Assembly: GCA_963733375.1 (NCBI GenBank)
Contig: CAVTDB010000003.1
Coordinates: 64,001-128,000, forward strand
Source of the DNA: Nitrospirota bacterium
GTDB lineage: Bacteria; Nitrospirota; JACRHJ01
Direction of reading: 5' to 3'
DNA: 64,000 bases
Position numbers and translations under genes: made by a program. The notes beneath the pieces are model-generated. The model did no database searches. It was not told the origin of the DNA and saw nothing but the letters and a program-made list of their open reading frames with translations. Positions 45,782 through 54,839 of this stretch are shown here, piece after piece; within the stretch, counting starts at the first letter, position 1; each line of letters begins with the position of its first letter.

Positions 45782-46474
45782 AGTTCCCTCCTTTTTCGAT
45801 GCCGATGATCCTGCCGTCCTCCATTTTCATTATCCTGTCGGCGTATTCAAATATCCTGCTGTCATGGGTAACGATGATGATGCACCGGTTTTCGTTCAGG
45901 ATGTTTTTCTTGACGAAATCCACAATTCTTCTCCCGGTGTCCCCGTCCAGGGAAGCGGTCGGCTCGTCGAATATCAGGATATCGGGACGGCTGGCGATCG
46001 CCCGCGCAATCGCCACCCGTTGCTGCTCTCCTCCGCTCAATTTGACCGGCGGGAGGTATGCCCGGTCCTTGATCCCCACTATCTCCAGATACTCCATGGC
46101 CTCGTTCATGGATTCATTCCAGTCAAGCTTTTTCAGGATCAGGGGGATCGCCACATTTTCGACCGTGGTCAGCCGCGGGAAGAGGTGGTAATCCTGAAAC
46201 ACGAATCCCACCTTGTTCAACCTGAAATCGGCGATCTGGTCGCTTGTCATGTTCCAGATATCCTTGTCCTCGACCTGCACCGAGCCCGAATTCGGCCTGA
46301 GAATTCCCGAGATCAGGCTCAACAAGGTTGTTTTGCCGCTCCCCGACGGGCCCTCAATATAAAGCATTTCCCCGAAGTAGGCATCGAAACTGACGCCTCT
46401 CACGGCGTAAGTTTTGGCTTCTCCCTCGCCGAACCATTTGACCAGTTCGTTGCCTTTACCGCCAGATTGGCCAT
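45771..46474 (-). CDS. ABC transporter ATP-binding protein (LolD/DevA-like)
   Basis: GPSGSGKTT, LSGGEQQRVAIARA, IFDEPTASLD, VTHD. Confidence 0.92.
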
Positions 46475-46476
46475 TA

Positions 46477-47616
46477 TTATCCCCTGAAAATGTCGAACGG
46501 CTCTATCTTGAGCACTTTCCTGACGCCGATATAACTTGAAATGCCGGCAATGATCAGGACCATGACAAAGGCGAACCCAAGATTTCCGTAAGTTATTCTG
46601 GCTGCGTAGCTTGGCAGCCTGAGTCTTGCCACGGCTATAATCAGGGAGGCCAGGCCGATACCCAGGCCATAGCCGGTAAGGGCGGTGAAAGGTCGCCTGG
46701 AACAGGATCATATAAGACCAGTTCCTTCCCCTTTGCCCCGATCGCTTTTAATGCGCCGAATTTTTCCAGGTTCTCCAGGATGAAGGTATAAAAAGTCTGC
46801 CCTGAAATGGATAAGCCGACAATAAAACTTATCACCGTCATGATAAGGACATTGATGCCGATGCCTGTCTGGTATTTGTAAAAATTGGATATTTTCTGGA
46901 TAAATTCATCTTTCGTCAACGCCTCATATCCAAGCGATTTCACCTGCTGCTTGATGTACGGCACCGCGTCGCTGCTCTTGGGATCGACCAGAATATATGA
47001 GATGGTGAATCTCATGGAGGGGATATACTGAATGGCCCTGTTATACGTGGTGTAAAGGGTCGGAACGCCGAACAGGCCGCTGGACGTGACTTTGGCAATG
47101 CCGACAATGACTCCCCGGTGGTCGTTTATTTCAAATTCGGTACCGAGTTCGGGTTTTCGAGCTTGGGGAATTCCGCATCCTTGACCACAACAAAGGCATT
47201 TTCCGCATAGATGTCCTCGATATTCCCCTCGATGAGCTCAGGCCTGCCAAACAGGCTGGAGTCGTCCAGCCCAAGGACCGTCACCGATTGATAGGCGCCG
47301 CTGCGCAGCTTCACCAGAGCCCCGCCGGAATACAGCGGCACTGCATATTTGACGCCGTTAATGCTCCGTACCGCGTCCAAGTACATAATCCGGCATCGGG
47401 ATGCTGTTCGCCGGGGTATTGACCGCCGGGTCCATCACCCAGAGCTTGGCGCCTACGTTGAGGACGGTGGAGGATGACCGGTGCAGAATGCCGGCGAACA
47501 TCGAGGTCATCATGACCATCAAGAAAGACCGCAAAGGTTATCCCGACAAGCAAGGCGGCAAATTTCCCCTTGTCGTTTACCAGCAGCTTATATGCGATTT
47601 TCAGGATTCCCGGCAC
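46477..47616 (-). CDS. ABC permease (FtsX/MacB/DevC-like; frameshifted)
   Basis: KLLVNDKGKFAALLVGITFAVF, VGLSISGQTFYTFILENLEKFGALKAIGA, VRKVLKIEPFDIFRG. Confidence 0.85.
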
Positions 47617-47670
47617 AGTATTTCCTTAAATTTTCCGGTTGTTTCAGAATGGTTTAATTTTTATTTAAGT

Positions 47671-48216
47671 TTAGCTTTCGATCTCGTCCAACTCTTCCGG
47701 GGTGAGAACCTTTTCCCCAAGCGGAAAAATTATTTCGTCTTCTCGTTGCATATGCTTCCGGAGCAGTTTTATGTAAATAGAAAGATTGTCCAGCAGCATA
47801 TCGGCTGAAGACTGGGGAGTCACGCCGCAGCAGAATTCTGAATCCTTAGGCTCTGGACTTATGCCTGCTTTCATCCCTCCCGCGTCCTCGGTCCCTGGAA
47901 GGATTTCAGCCATCAATTTAACCATTTTCCGGCATAGGTCATGCTCCGCGAGCATGACGACTACCGGGTCGTATTCTTCTTTAGTTCGCTCTTCCATTTT
48001 GTTGAAGAGGTGCTTTTCCTCCCTGGCCTGATGATAATCGTTCACGTACTCTTTACAAAAACCTAGAAAATCCTCAAATGTGGCTCTGTGTACCTTCCCC
48101 GTCTCGCCAATGAAGGTCCCTTCCCGCTCTGCATCGGCCAGTTTCAGTCTAATTATTTCATGCTCGTTCCTGAGTATTTCAAAAATCTTCTTCATATCAA
48201 CCCGCCCTGACCTCAT
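47671..48216 (-). CDS. Hemerythrin (HHE) domain protein
   Basis: NEHE, YHQAREEKHLF, AEHDLCR, KHMQREDEIIFP. Confidence 0.85.
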   Translation of the reverse strand: MRSGRVDMKKIFEILRNEHEIIRLKLADAEREGTFIGETGKVHRATFEDFLGFCKEYVNDYHQAREEKHLFNKMEERTKEEYDPVVVMLAEHDLCRKMVKLMAEILPGTEDAGGMKAGISPEPKDSEFCCGVTPQSSADMLLDNLSIYIKLLRKHMQREDEIIFPLGEKVLTPEELDEIES

Positions 48217-48273
48217 AGATGTATTTAATTACAGCACACCCGTGGACGCATTTCACCTTCAGTGATATTATAT

Positions 48274-48303
48274 ATTATAACATTTGGGATTATAACATTT
48301 GGG
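48274..48303. repeat. Perfect 15-bp tandem duplication in a divergent promoter region
   Basis: attataacatttggg x2. Confidence 0.9.
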
Positions 48304-48553
48304 CTACAATAGAGACGAATAAATGCGCGATAGTTCTTACAATTACATAATTGTTGGTGGGGGGCGGACAATGACCTCTGAACGATGTTTTGGATTTCAT
48401 TACACTGAGAAGGTACGTTAGCGTCAAAAAAGCCACTGAACTCTCAGCCGCCAAGCTGGTTTGACAGCTCTAAGGGGGTGTTATTCTTGTATACAGGTTG
48501 CGGGCAAGGTCAAAATGGCAAATGAGCTGATAGCGACTGAGGTCACATCAGTT

Positions 48554-49555
48554 ATGATCCGAAAGAAATATTCTCCCATAATCATTGCGGTGCTGACGGT
48601 TTTTTCCCTTGTACTCACCGTGCCCGGAGCGATTTCCCGCGCCTATGCCCAGCAAGAGTGTCTTGCCTGCCACGGACAGAAACAATCGCCCTACTTTATC
48701 GATGAGGCGCGCTATAAGGAATCCGTCCACGGCGTATTCCCATGCCAGAGCTGTCATGTAACAATTTCCAGCTACCCCCACACGAATGTCCGAAGAGTCG
48801 ATTGCGGGATATGCCACTTGAAGGAAGCCAGTGGCGCCCCGATGACGCAGGCGCTCCAGTACGTGATGAGTGTTCACGGTAAATTGAGCAAGGAAATAGA
48901 AAATGCGCCGCGTTGCCAGACTTGTCATGGATATCACTATGTCCTGCCCTCGGCGGATCCGCGTTCCGAAACTTTCCGGAAGAAGATCCCTTCCCTGTGC
49001 GCCAGATGCCACCCCGCCGAATACGACGTTTATATAACGAGTATTCACGGCACTGAATTTCTTGGGCAAAACAATATGAAAGCCGCCACCTGCATTGATT
49101 GCCACGAGGAACACCTTATTCCTAATCCCGAAGAAAAAAAATGGAAACTATGGCTAATCGGCGAGTGCGGTTCATGTCACAGGAAACAGCTCGACACCTA
49201 TCATGATACGTATCACGGACGAGTGACCGAACTCGGTTTCACCACCGTGGCCAAATGCTCCGACTGCCACGGTTCGCATGGCATCTTTCCACAAGGAAAC
49301 ATGAAATCTTCCATATCAAGTGAGAATATCCTTAATACCTGCAGGAAATGCCATCCAGGTGCGACGGCCGGTTTCACAAAATATCATGCTCATCCTGATG
49401 TCCATAGCCGTAAGAAAGACCCTGTACTTTACTACACATATATTTTCATGACTGTGCTCCTCGCGGGGGTATTTTGTTTCTTCCTGCCGCATACCCTGCT
49501 CTGGGGGTATCGGTCGCTGAAGGAGCGCATCAGAAAACAGGGGAGAACGGAATGA
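48554..49555 (+). CDS. Nonaheme c-type cytochrome with C-terminal TM helix (CbcL-like cytochrome c module)
   Basis: Signal peptide ending AYA; nine CxxCH (CLACH, CQSCH, CGICH, CQTCH, CARCH, CIDCH, CGSCH, CSDCH, CRKCH); C-terminal TM with His (FFLPHTLLW). Confidence 0.9.
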   Translation: MIRKKYSPIIIAVLTVFSLVLTVPGAISRAYAQQECLACHGQKQSPYFIDEARYKESVHGVFPCQSCHVTISSYPHTNVRRVDCGICHLKEASGAPMTQALQYVMSVHGKLSKEIENAPRCQTCHGYHYVLPSADPRSETFRKKIPSLCARCHPAEYDVYITSIHGTEFLGQNNMKAATCIDCHEEHLIPNPEEKKWKLWLIGECGSCHRKQLDTYHDTYHGRVTELGFTTVAKCSDCHGSHGIFPQGNMKSSISSENILNTCRKCHPGATAGFTKYHAHPDVHSRKKDPVLYYTYIFMTVLLAGVFCFFLPHTLLWGYRSLKERIRKQGRTE

Positions 49556-50376
49556 GCGAGGCAGTCTACATAAAGCGGTTCAACGCCTACCAAAGAATTC
49601 TCCATATCATCATGGCCCTGAGCTTCCTTGGCCTTGTAGCGTCTGGGATGCCTCTTAAGTATGCCGAGACCGGCTGGGCCAGTAAGTTTATGCAGGTGGT
49701 CTTTGGAAGTTACCATACCGCCGGAGTAGTGCACCGCATCTGCGCGGTTGTGACATTCGGATACTTCTTTGCCCACATAGTCTACGTGATTTACTACATA
49801 GTCGTCGTCCGCAGGTTTAAGTTCAAGATCTTCGGGCCTGAATCCATGGTGCCCAGGTGGAAAGACGCAAGGGATATTTATGGCAATTTCAAATGGTTTT
49901 TTGGCTTGGGGCCTAGGCCTCGATTTGACAGGTGGGCTTACTGGGAGAAGTTCAACTACTGGGCTGTTTTCTGGGGCGTAGGAATGATCGGCGTATCAGG
50001 ACTTATCCTATGGTTTCCTATTTTCTTTACGCGGTTTCTTCCGGGATGGATTATCAATGTTTCGACTATCATCCACAGCGACGAGGCGCTCCTTGCGTCT
50101 GCCTTCATCTTCACCATCCATTTTTTCAACACCCACTTAAGACCGGAAAAGTTTCCCATGGATACGGTGATTTTCACAGGAAGCTTATCCCAGGAGGAAT
50201 TGAAATTTGACAAGCCGCTTGAATATGAGCGCATAGTCAAGGAAGAAGGGGATACTCGTACAGTCCCCCCTCCGCCCCGATGGCTCTTGTCCGCCGGCAT
50301 TATTTTCGGTGATGTCTTGATAATTGCCGGTCTTATCCTGCTCGCCCTCATAATTTACGGGCAATTTTTTAGCTAA
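49552..50376 (+). CDS. Di-heme cytochrome b (FdnI/HydC-like) quinol oxidoreductase module
   Basis: ATGA overlap with the cytochrome c; QRILH, VHRICA, RWAYWEKFNYWAVFWG, IHSDEALLA..IHFFNTHLRPEKFPMD. Confidence 0.88.
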   Translation: MSEAVYIKRFNAYQRILHIIMALSFLGLVASGMPLKYAETGWASKFMQVVFGSYHTAGVVHRICAVVTFGYFFAHIVYVIYYIVVVRRFKFKIFGPESMVPRWKDARDIYGNFKWFFGLGPRPRFDRWAYWEKFNYWAVFWGVGMIGVSGLILWFPIFFTRFLPGWIINVSTIIHSDEALLASAFIFTIHFFNTHLRPEKFPMDTVIFTGSLSQEELKFDKPLEYERIVKEEGDTRTVPPPPRWLLSAGIIFGDVLIIAGLILLALIIYGQFFS

Positions 50377-50409
50377 TTGAAGGTGCCCCCCTTTTATTTG
50401 ACTGCGTTA

Positions 50410-52125
50410 TTACCACCGGGGGTTCCTTTTAAGCCAGCCGTCCAGAATTACCCAAAATATCTTGAACGGGTTAATCCGCCAGCCTTTGATGGGCCAGTCG
50501 ATCTCGTGCTTATAGCACAGCGAGTCGAGCGTGTTAAGGCTGGCTATCTCATCTCGCATGCCGACGGCGACGTTATCCGGGTCGTTTAGCTTATCGTTGA
50601 GTTCGAGCGCCCGCAAGGCATGCTTCCTAACCATCGCACCTTTTTTCTTTCCTATGGCCCCGTACTTTTCCTTGAGGTCGAGCAGTTTGAGCGCTGCGTG
50701 ATACGTGGCCTTCACGATTTCTTCACGCGTCATCCATTTCGTCTCGTAGTTCAAGGTGTACTTCCAACTCGGCATGAGCATGGCTTCCCGGTGTTCTTTG
50801 AGTGTCCGGTAGAAAAACCGGTAGCCGAACTTCTCGGGGTCCTCGAATATGCCGCTGCCAGGGTCGATGAACGGCGCGAGGGGCGCAATAAACGGCAGGA
50901 GCCTGTTGCCGGAACCGTACTTTGCCATGAGTTCGCCGCAGTAGTCCACGGTCTCCATGACCGAACGGTAGTCCTGGTGCGGAAGGCCAACCATGAAGAA
51001 CAGGTCTATACGTTTGCACCCCGTATGAAACAGTTCCTCGACCAGGGTTTCAAGCTCGTCGTTCGTGTAGCATTTTCCGAACGTCTTCCTGACGTTGATG
51101 TCATGGGATTCGGGGGATATCTCGACGTTGAAGGTCTCAATGGAATCCGCGACCCTCTCCAGGAACCCGGCCGGAGGGGGGTTGAAAAACTCCAGGGCGA
51201 TCTCGTTCTTGACGCGGCGCCTTTTGAGGGCGTCGAGGAACCGCTCGCCGTAGTCTCTGCCCGCCTGGAGCAGGTCTCCCAGCACCATCACAGGGGCGAG
51301 GGTATATTCCGATATGCGGTGTATGTCTTCGGCAAGCAACTCCGGAGAGCGGAAACAAGGCCGAGGACGCATGCAGACTTTCTGGAATGCGGAGATCGAA
51401 CCGCCGCAGGAACCGCAGTTGTGGTTGCAACCCCTGCACGAGAATACCGCCGTGACGGGATAGTTGGACCAGTTCTCGAACGGCATATAGCCAGAAGGGT
51501 CGCGGTACTTGATTGCCATCCTCATAAGGTGTGAATAATCAAAACGGACGCGGTCGAGATTTGGGGGCGAATAGGATCGCTCGTTGACCACGATGCGCCC
51601 GTCGGCGTCTCTCCATACGAGGTTGGGCACTGCCTGATAGCCGGTACCGGACTTGATAGCCTCCATGAGCAGCCGCAGAGGCTCCTCCGTGGATTCCCCG
51701 CAGACGACGAAATCCACAAACGGGTAGTCTCTTATTATCTCTTCGTGGAAGTAGGTCGCGCTCAGACCGCCGAGGATGACCGGCTTACCCGGGTGGTGTT
51801 TCTTGACGAGCGCGGCCAGGCTCAGGCTGCCGTCCACATGGGGGAGCCAGTGCAGGTCGATACCGAAGGCAAGCGCGTCGAGCTTCCTGACAAAGGGACC
51901 GGGGTCGAACGACCGGTCCCGCAACATCTTCAGGGCGAGGTTTATTATCCTGACGCTGGTGCCGTGTCGCGTTAGGTACTCCGAGAGGGTGAGGAAACCG
52001 ATGGGGTATATCTCAAAGACCGACGATGAGGGTATGACATCGCTTACTGGGCCGGAGAAAACCGGCTCTTCCCTGAAGTTGAATACGCTTGGCGGGTGGA
52101 GGAGTATCAGGTCGGGCTTGGGCAT
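50410..52125 (-). CDS. B12-binding radical SAM protein (TIGR04190-like)
   Basis: LILLHPPSVFNFR, FEIYPIGF, FGIDLHWLPH, GGLSATYF, CNHNCGSC, LAPFIDPGS. Confidence 0.82.
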   Translation of the reverse strand: MPKPDLILLHPPSVFNFREEPVFSGPVSDVIPSSSVFEIYPIGFLTLSEYLTRHGTSVRIINLALKMLRDRSFDPGPFVRKLDALAFGIDLHWLPHVDGSLSLAALVKKHHPGKPVILGGLSATYFHEEIIRDYPFVDFVVCGESTEEPLRLLMEAIKSGTGYQAVPNLVWRDADGRIVVNERSYSPPNLDRVRFDYSHLMRMAIKYRDPSGYMPFENWSNYPVTAVFSCRGCNHNCGSCGGSISAFQKVCMRPRPCFRSPELLAEDIHRISEYTLAPVMVLGDLLQAGRDYGERFLDALKRRRVKNEIALEFFNPPPAGFLERVADSIETFNVEISPESHDINVRKTFGKCYTNDELETLVEELFHTGCKRIDLFFMVGLPHQDYRSVMETVDYCGELMAKYGSGNRLLPFIAPLAPFIDPGSGIFEDPEKFGYRFFYRTLKEHREAMLMPSWKYTLNYETKWMTREEIVKATYHAALKLLDLKEKYGAIGKKKGAMVRKHALRALELNDKLNDPDNVAVGMRDEIASLNTLDSLCYKHEIDWPIKGWRINPFKIFWVILDGWLKRNPRW

Positions 52126-52388
52126 GGGCGTCCTGGTCCTCGGCGTATTCCTGGCGTACAACTCCCGGCCATAATGCTTCTCTCCAGCTTGCCTGAAAGC
52201 CCATCCCTCGATAAAGCGCGTATATTATGTATATCAAAATAGCTGGCTAAATTCAACTTTTTGATCAGCGTGCAATTTTGACCCGTAACCGGTATCCTGT
52301 TTGTCCCAGATAAATTGCAACAATATAACGAAGGGTGCCGGGCTTAAGCGCGGATTTCTCTGCCAATGGATCAAATATCGACATCGGT

Positions 52389-53522
52389 TTACAGTTGTGG
52401 GGGCGCTATTGTTATGCCTTCCCGATTTTCAAAAGCCACACAGTATACCCCCTTGCCATCCACTGCGGGGCCAAAACATTCATTGCAGGAAATGCATCTG
52501 GCTTTGCGGTGGTCACCCTCATGCCAGCGCCTGATTAGTGCCGGTTCGGATATCAGCGGACGGCTGAGAGATATATAATCTGCCGAACCGCTCTTTACCA
52601 AATTGTCCGCGACCTCGTAGGAACGGATGCCGCCAACAAGCATCAGTGGTACGGATACATTTTGTTTATAAGCCTGCGCTGATTCCCTGTAGTAGACTTC
52701 ATTCTCCGGAGTTTTGAGAATGCCCGGACGCGAAGGAATAAGTTTTTCGGGCGAAGCCACTGTACCTCCGGACAGTTCAACAGCATCTACAGTAGCATTT
52801 CCGAGCATGGCCGCAACTTTTATTGCCTCCTCAGACGTCATCCCTCCCTCCATGAAATCGTCTGAGTTAAGCTTTACGAACACCGGGTAAGCGGGTCCCA
52901 CCGACTCCCGTACACTATGCGCCACCTCAAGCAGGAGTCTGGCCCGGCTGTCGAGGCAACCTCCGTATCCGTCCGTCCGTTTGTTGAACACAGGGGAAAG
53001 AAACTGGCTAAGCAGAAAACCGTGGGCTGCATGTATCTGGACAGCATCGAACCCTGCCTTTTTCGCGCGTACGGCCGCCTGGGCGAAAGCGGATTTGAAG
53101 GCTGCAATATCATCTATACCGGCCTGACGGTAGGTCGGTTTCCCCTCGGATTTTCCGGAGGATGGCCCGACAGGGTCCAGCCCGCTCAGCGACTGGTCAG
53201 AGTTTGCCCCTGCGTGTACCAACTGTAAGGCAATCTTTCCGCCGACCGCATGTACAGCCTGCGCCATATCCCGGAGGCCTGGGAGGAAGCGATCGCCGTA
53301 AACTGCCAGTTGCCACCGGCTTGATTGACCTTCTGGGCTGACGAATGCGTAACTGCTGATAATCAAACCAACCTCTCCCTTGGCCAACTCTACCATCATT
53401 TCCGTGAGTTTGTGACTGGCTGATCCGTCCTCGTCCGCCAACCCTTCCCAAGTGGCCGACCGTATAAACCTGTTAGCCAGTTCCAAACCGTTGATGCATG
53501 TGCGTTCAAACAATTTAGGCAT
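52389..53522 (-). CDS. NADH:flavin oxidoreductase (Old Yellow Enzyme family) with C-terminal Cys cluster
   Basis: NRFIRSATWE, QIHAAHGFLLSQFLSP..NKRTDGYGG, VGGIRS, CISCNEC..C. Confidence 0.92.
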   Translation of the reverse strand: MPKLFERTCINGLELANRFIRSATWEGLADEDGSASHKLTEMMVELAKGEVGLIISSYAFVSPEGQSSRWQLAVYGDRFLPGLRDMAQAVHAVGGKIALQLVHAGANSDQSLSGLDPVGPSSGKSEGKPTYRQAGIDDIAAFKSAFAQAAVRAKKAGFDAVQIHAAHGFLLSQFLSPVFNKRTDGYGGCLDSRARLLLEVAHSVRESVGPAYPVFVKLNSDDFMEGGMTSEEAIKVAAMLGNATVDAVELSGGTVASPEKLIPSRPGILKTPENEVYYRESAQAYKQNVSVPLMLVGGIRSYEVADNLVKSGSADYISLSRPLISEPALIRRWHEGDHRKARCISCNECFGPAVDGKGVYCVAFENREGITIAPPQL

Positions 53523-53674
53523 GACAGTCTCCTTTAGAAGCACACCTGACCCACCTTGCGTGGTCATATCTTGCTGTTATTAATATGATACATTAAATCA
53601 CGCCTGGATCAAGAAAGGGTGCCGATGATGGGTAACTCTGAACGTCGATTTACAATTACAGCCGTGTCCTATCC

Positions 53675-54418
53675 TCAAAATAACTTCTGACAGGCAATCC
53701 CCGCCTTTTCAAATCCCGCCCTCAACTCATCACCCATCTGTTCGAAAAACCCGTCATCCATAGCCCACGTCATCCCATGTTTTTTATACGCCCAGTCTGC
53801 ATAATGATAGTTCAGCCGGTCTAAGAGAACATGGTCAACTTTGCCCTTAAGCATATCAACCAGTCCTTCGGCACCGGGAAGCAGGGGAGCGATCATGACA
53901 AAGGTTTTAATTCCGGCTGAATGCAGAATACCCAGTGCCTCAACCCTTTTGGCAATCGGCGGCGCATTCGGCTCAAATATCTTCCTCACTCTTTCATCCG
54001 CCGTGGTTATGGTGAACCCAACTTCGGAATCCTTGGCTTTTTTCAATAGCTCAATATCTCTCAGAACCAACGGGGATTTAGTCGGAGCCGTAAGCGGCCA
54101 GTCGTTTCCTACGAGGATTTCAATGCATCTCCTGGTGAGCTGATATTTCTTCTCCAGAGGTTGGTATGCATCACAGACCCCGCTTATCCAGACGTTCCCT
54201 TTTTTCTTTTTCTTAACCTCACGGTCTAATAGTTCAGGGGCATTTATCTTAACATCGACAAAATCACCCCATGCTTCACGGTGCCCTGTGAACCGTTTCA
54301 TGAATTTGGCATAACAATAAACACAATTATGCTGACAGCCGACGTAGGCGTTCAGCGCATAATCGTAAATCTGGGATTTCGATAGGATGCTCTTTGCAGC
54401 TATCTCTTTAATGATCAT
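53675..54418 (-). CDS. Radical SAM protein, SplB/Rv2578c-like
   Basis: NAYVGCQHNCVYCYA, DAYQPLE, TKSPLVLRD, FEPNAP. Confidence 0.85.
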   Translation of the reverse strand: MIIKEIAAKSILSKSQIYDYALNAYVGCQHNCVYCYAKFMKRFTGHREAWGDFVDVKINAPELLDREVKKKKKGNVWISGVCDAYQPLEKKYQLTRRCIEILVGNDWPLTAPTKSPLVLRDIELLKKAKDSEVGFTITTADERVRKIFEPNAPPIAKRVEALGILHSAGIKTFVMIAPLLPGAEGLVDMLKGKVDHVLLDRLNYHYADWAYKKHGMTWAMDDGFFEQMGDELRAGFEKAGIACQKLF

Positions 54419-54539
54419 TTCTTTGTTTTTATTTATTCCGTTGCTACTGCTTCAACTGTCGTTGATATTCACTGTATCAGTTCATGAGTTATAGTCAATA
54501 CCCTTGCCTCAAATGAGTGACATCAGGTCCTCCCAGCAT

Positions 54540-54628
54540 AAAAAAAGGACCTACGGTTTTTCGTAAGTCCTTGATTTAAAATGGTAGGCGATGTGGGGTT
54601 AGAACCCTCGAACCCTGCCGTGTGAAGG
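54540..54628 (-). mobile_element. att-like site 1: degenerate tRNA-Val(CAC) 3' half plus IHF-consensus/hairpin
   Basis: Minus strand CC-TTCACAC-GGCAG...GGGTTCTAACCCCAC-ATCGCCT-ACCA, then AATCAAGGACTTA (exact WATCAANNNNTTR) and GGACTTACG/CGTAGGTCC hairpin + T7; no D-arm or 5' acceptor strand. Confidence 0.75.
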
Positions 54629-54786
54629 ACATCTTAAATCATCAACCTCTTTTCCGAATTTCTCCTTTTCTTTCCTTATTCATCCTCATACCCGCGAAAT
54701 CGGATATCCAGCAACATTAAGACATAGTTTAAATATGGTGTAGCCGGAATTACCACCACGCTCGCCCAGTAAAGAAAAGCTGCGAC

Positions 54787-54820
54787 AAAAAAGAGGCTGC
54801 GAATCCGCAGCCTCTTTTTT
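54787..54820. terminator. Bidirectional Rho-independent terminator after the subtilase-adhesin
   Basis: aaaaaagaggctgcg-aatc-cgcagcctctttttt. Confidence 0.88.
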
Positions 54821-54839
54821 ATTTCTGCCTCGTGGAGGG

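Noticed and set aside
54582-54628. Functional tRNA-Val gene
   Set aside because: Only the anticodon loop to CCA is present; no D-arm or 5' acceptor strand, and the T-arm is degenerate (TTCTAAC, stem mismatch). Treated as an att remnant.
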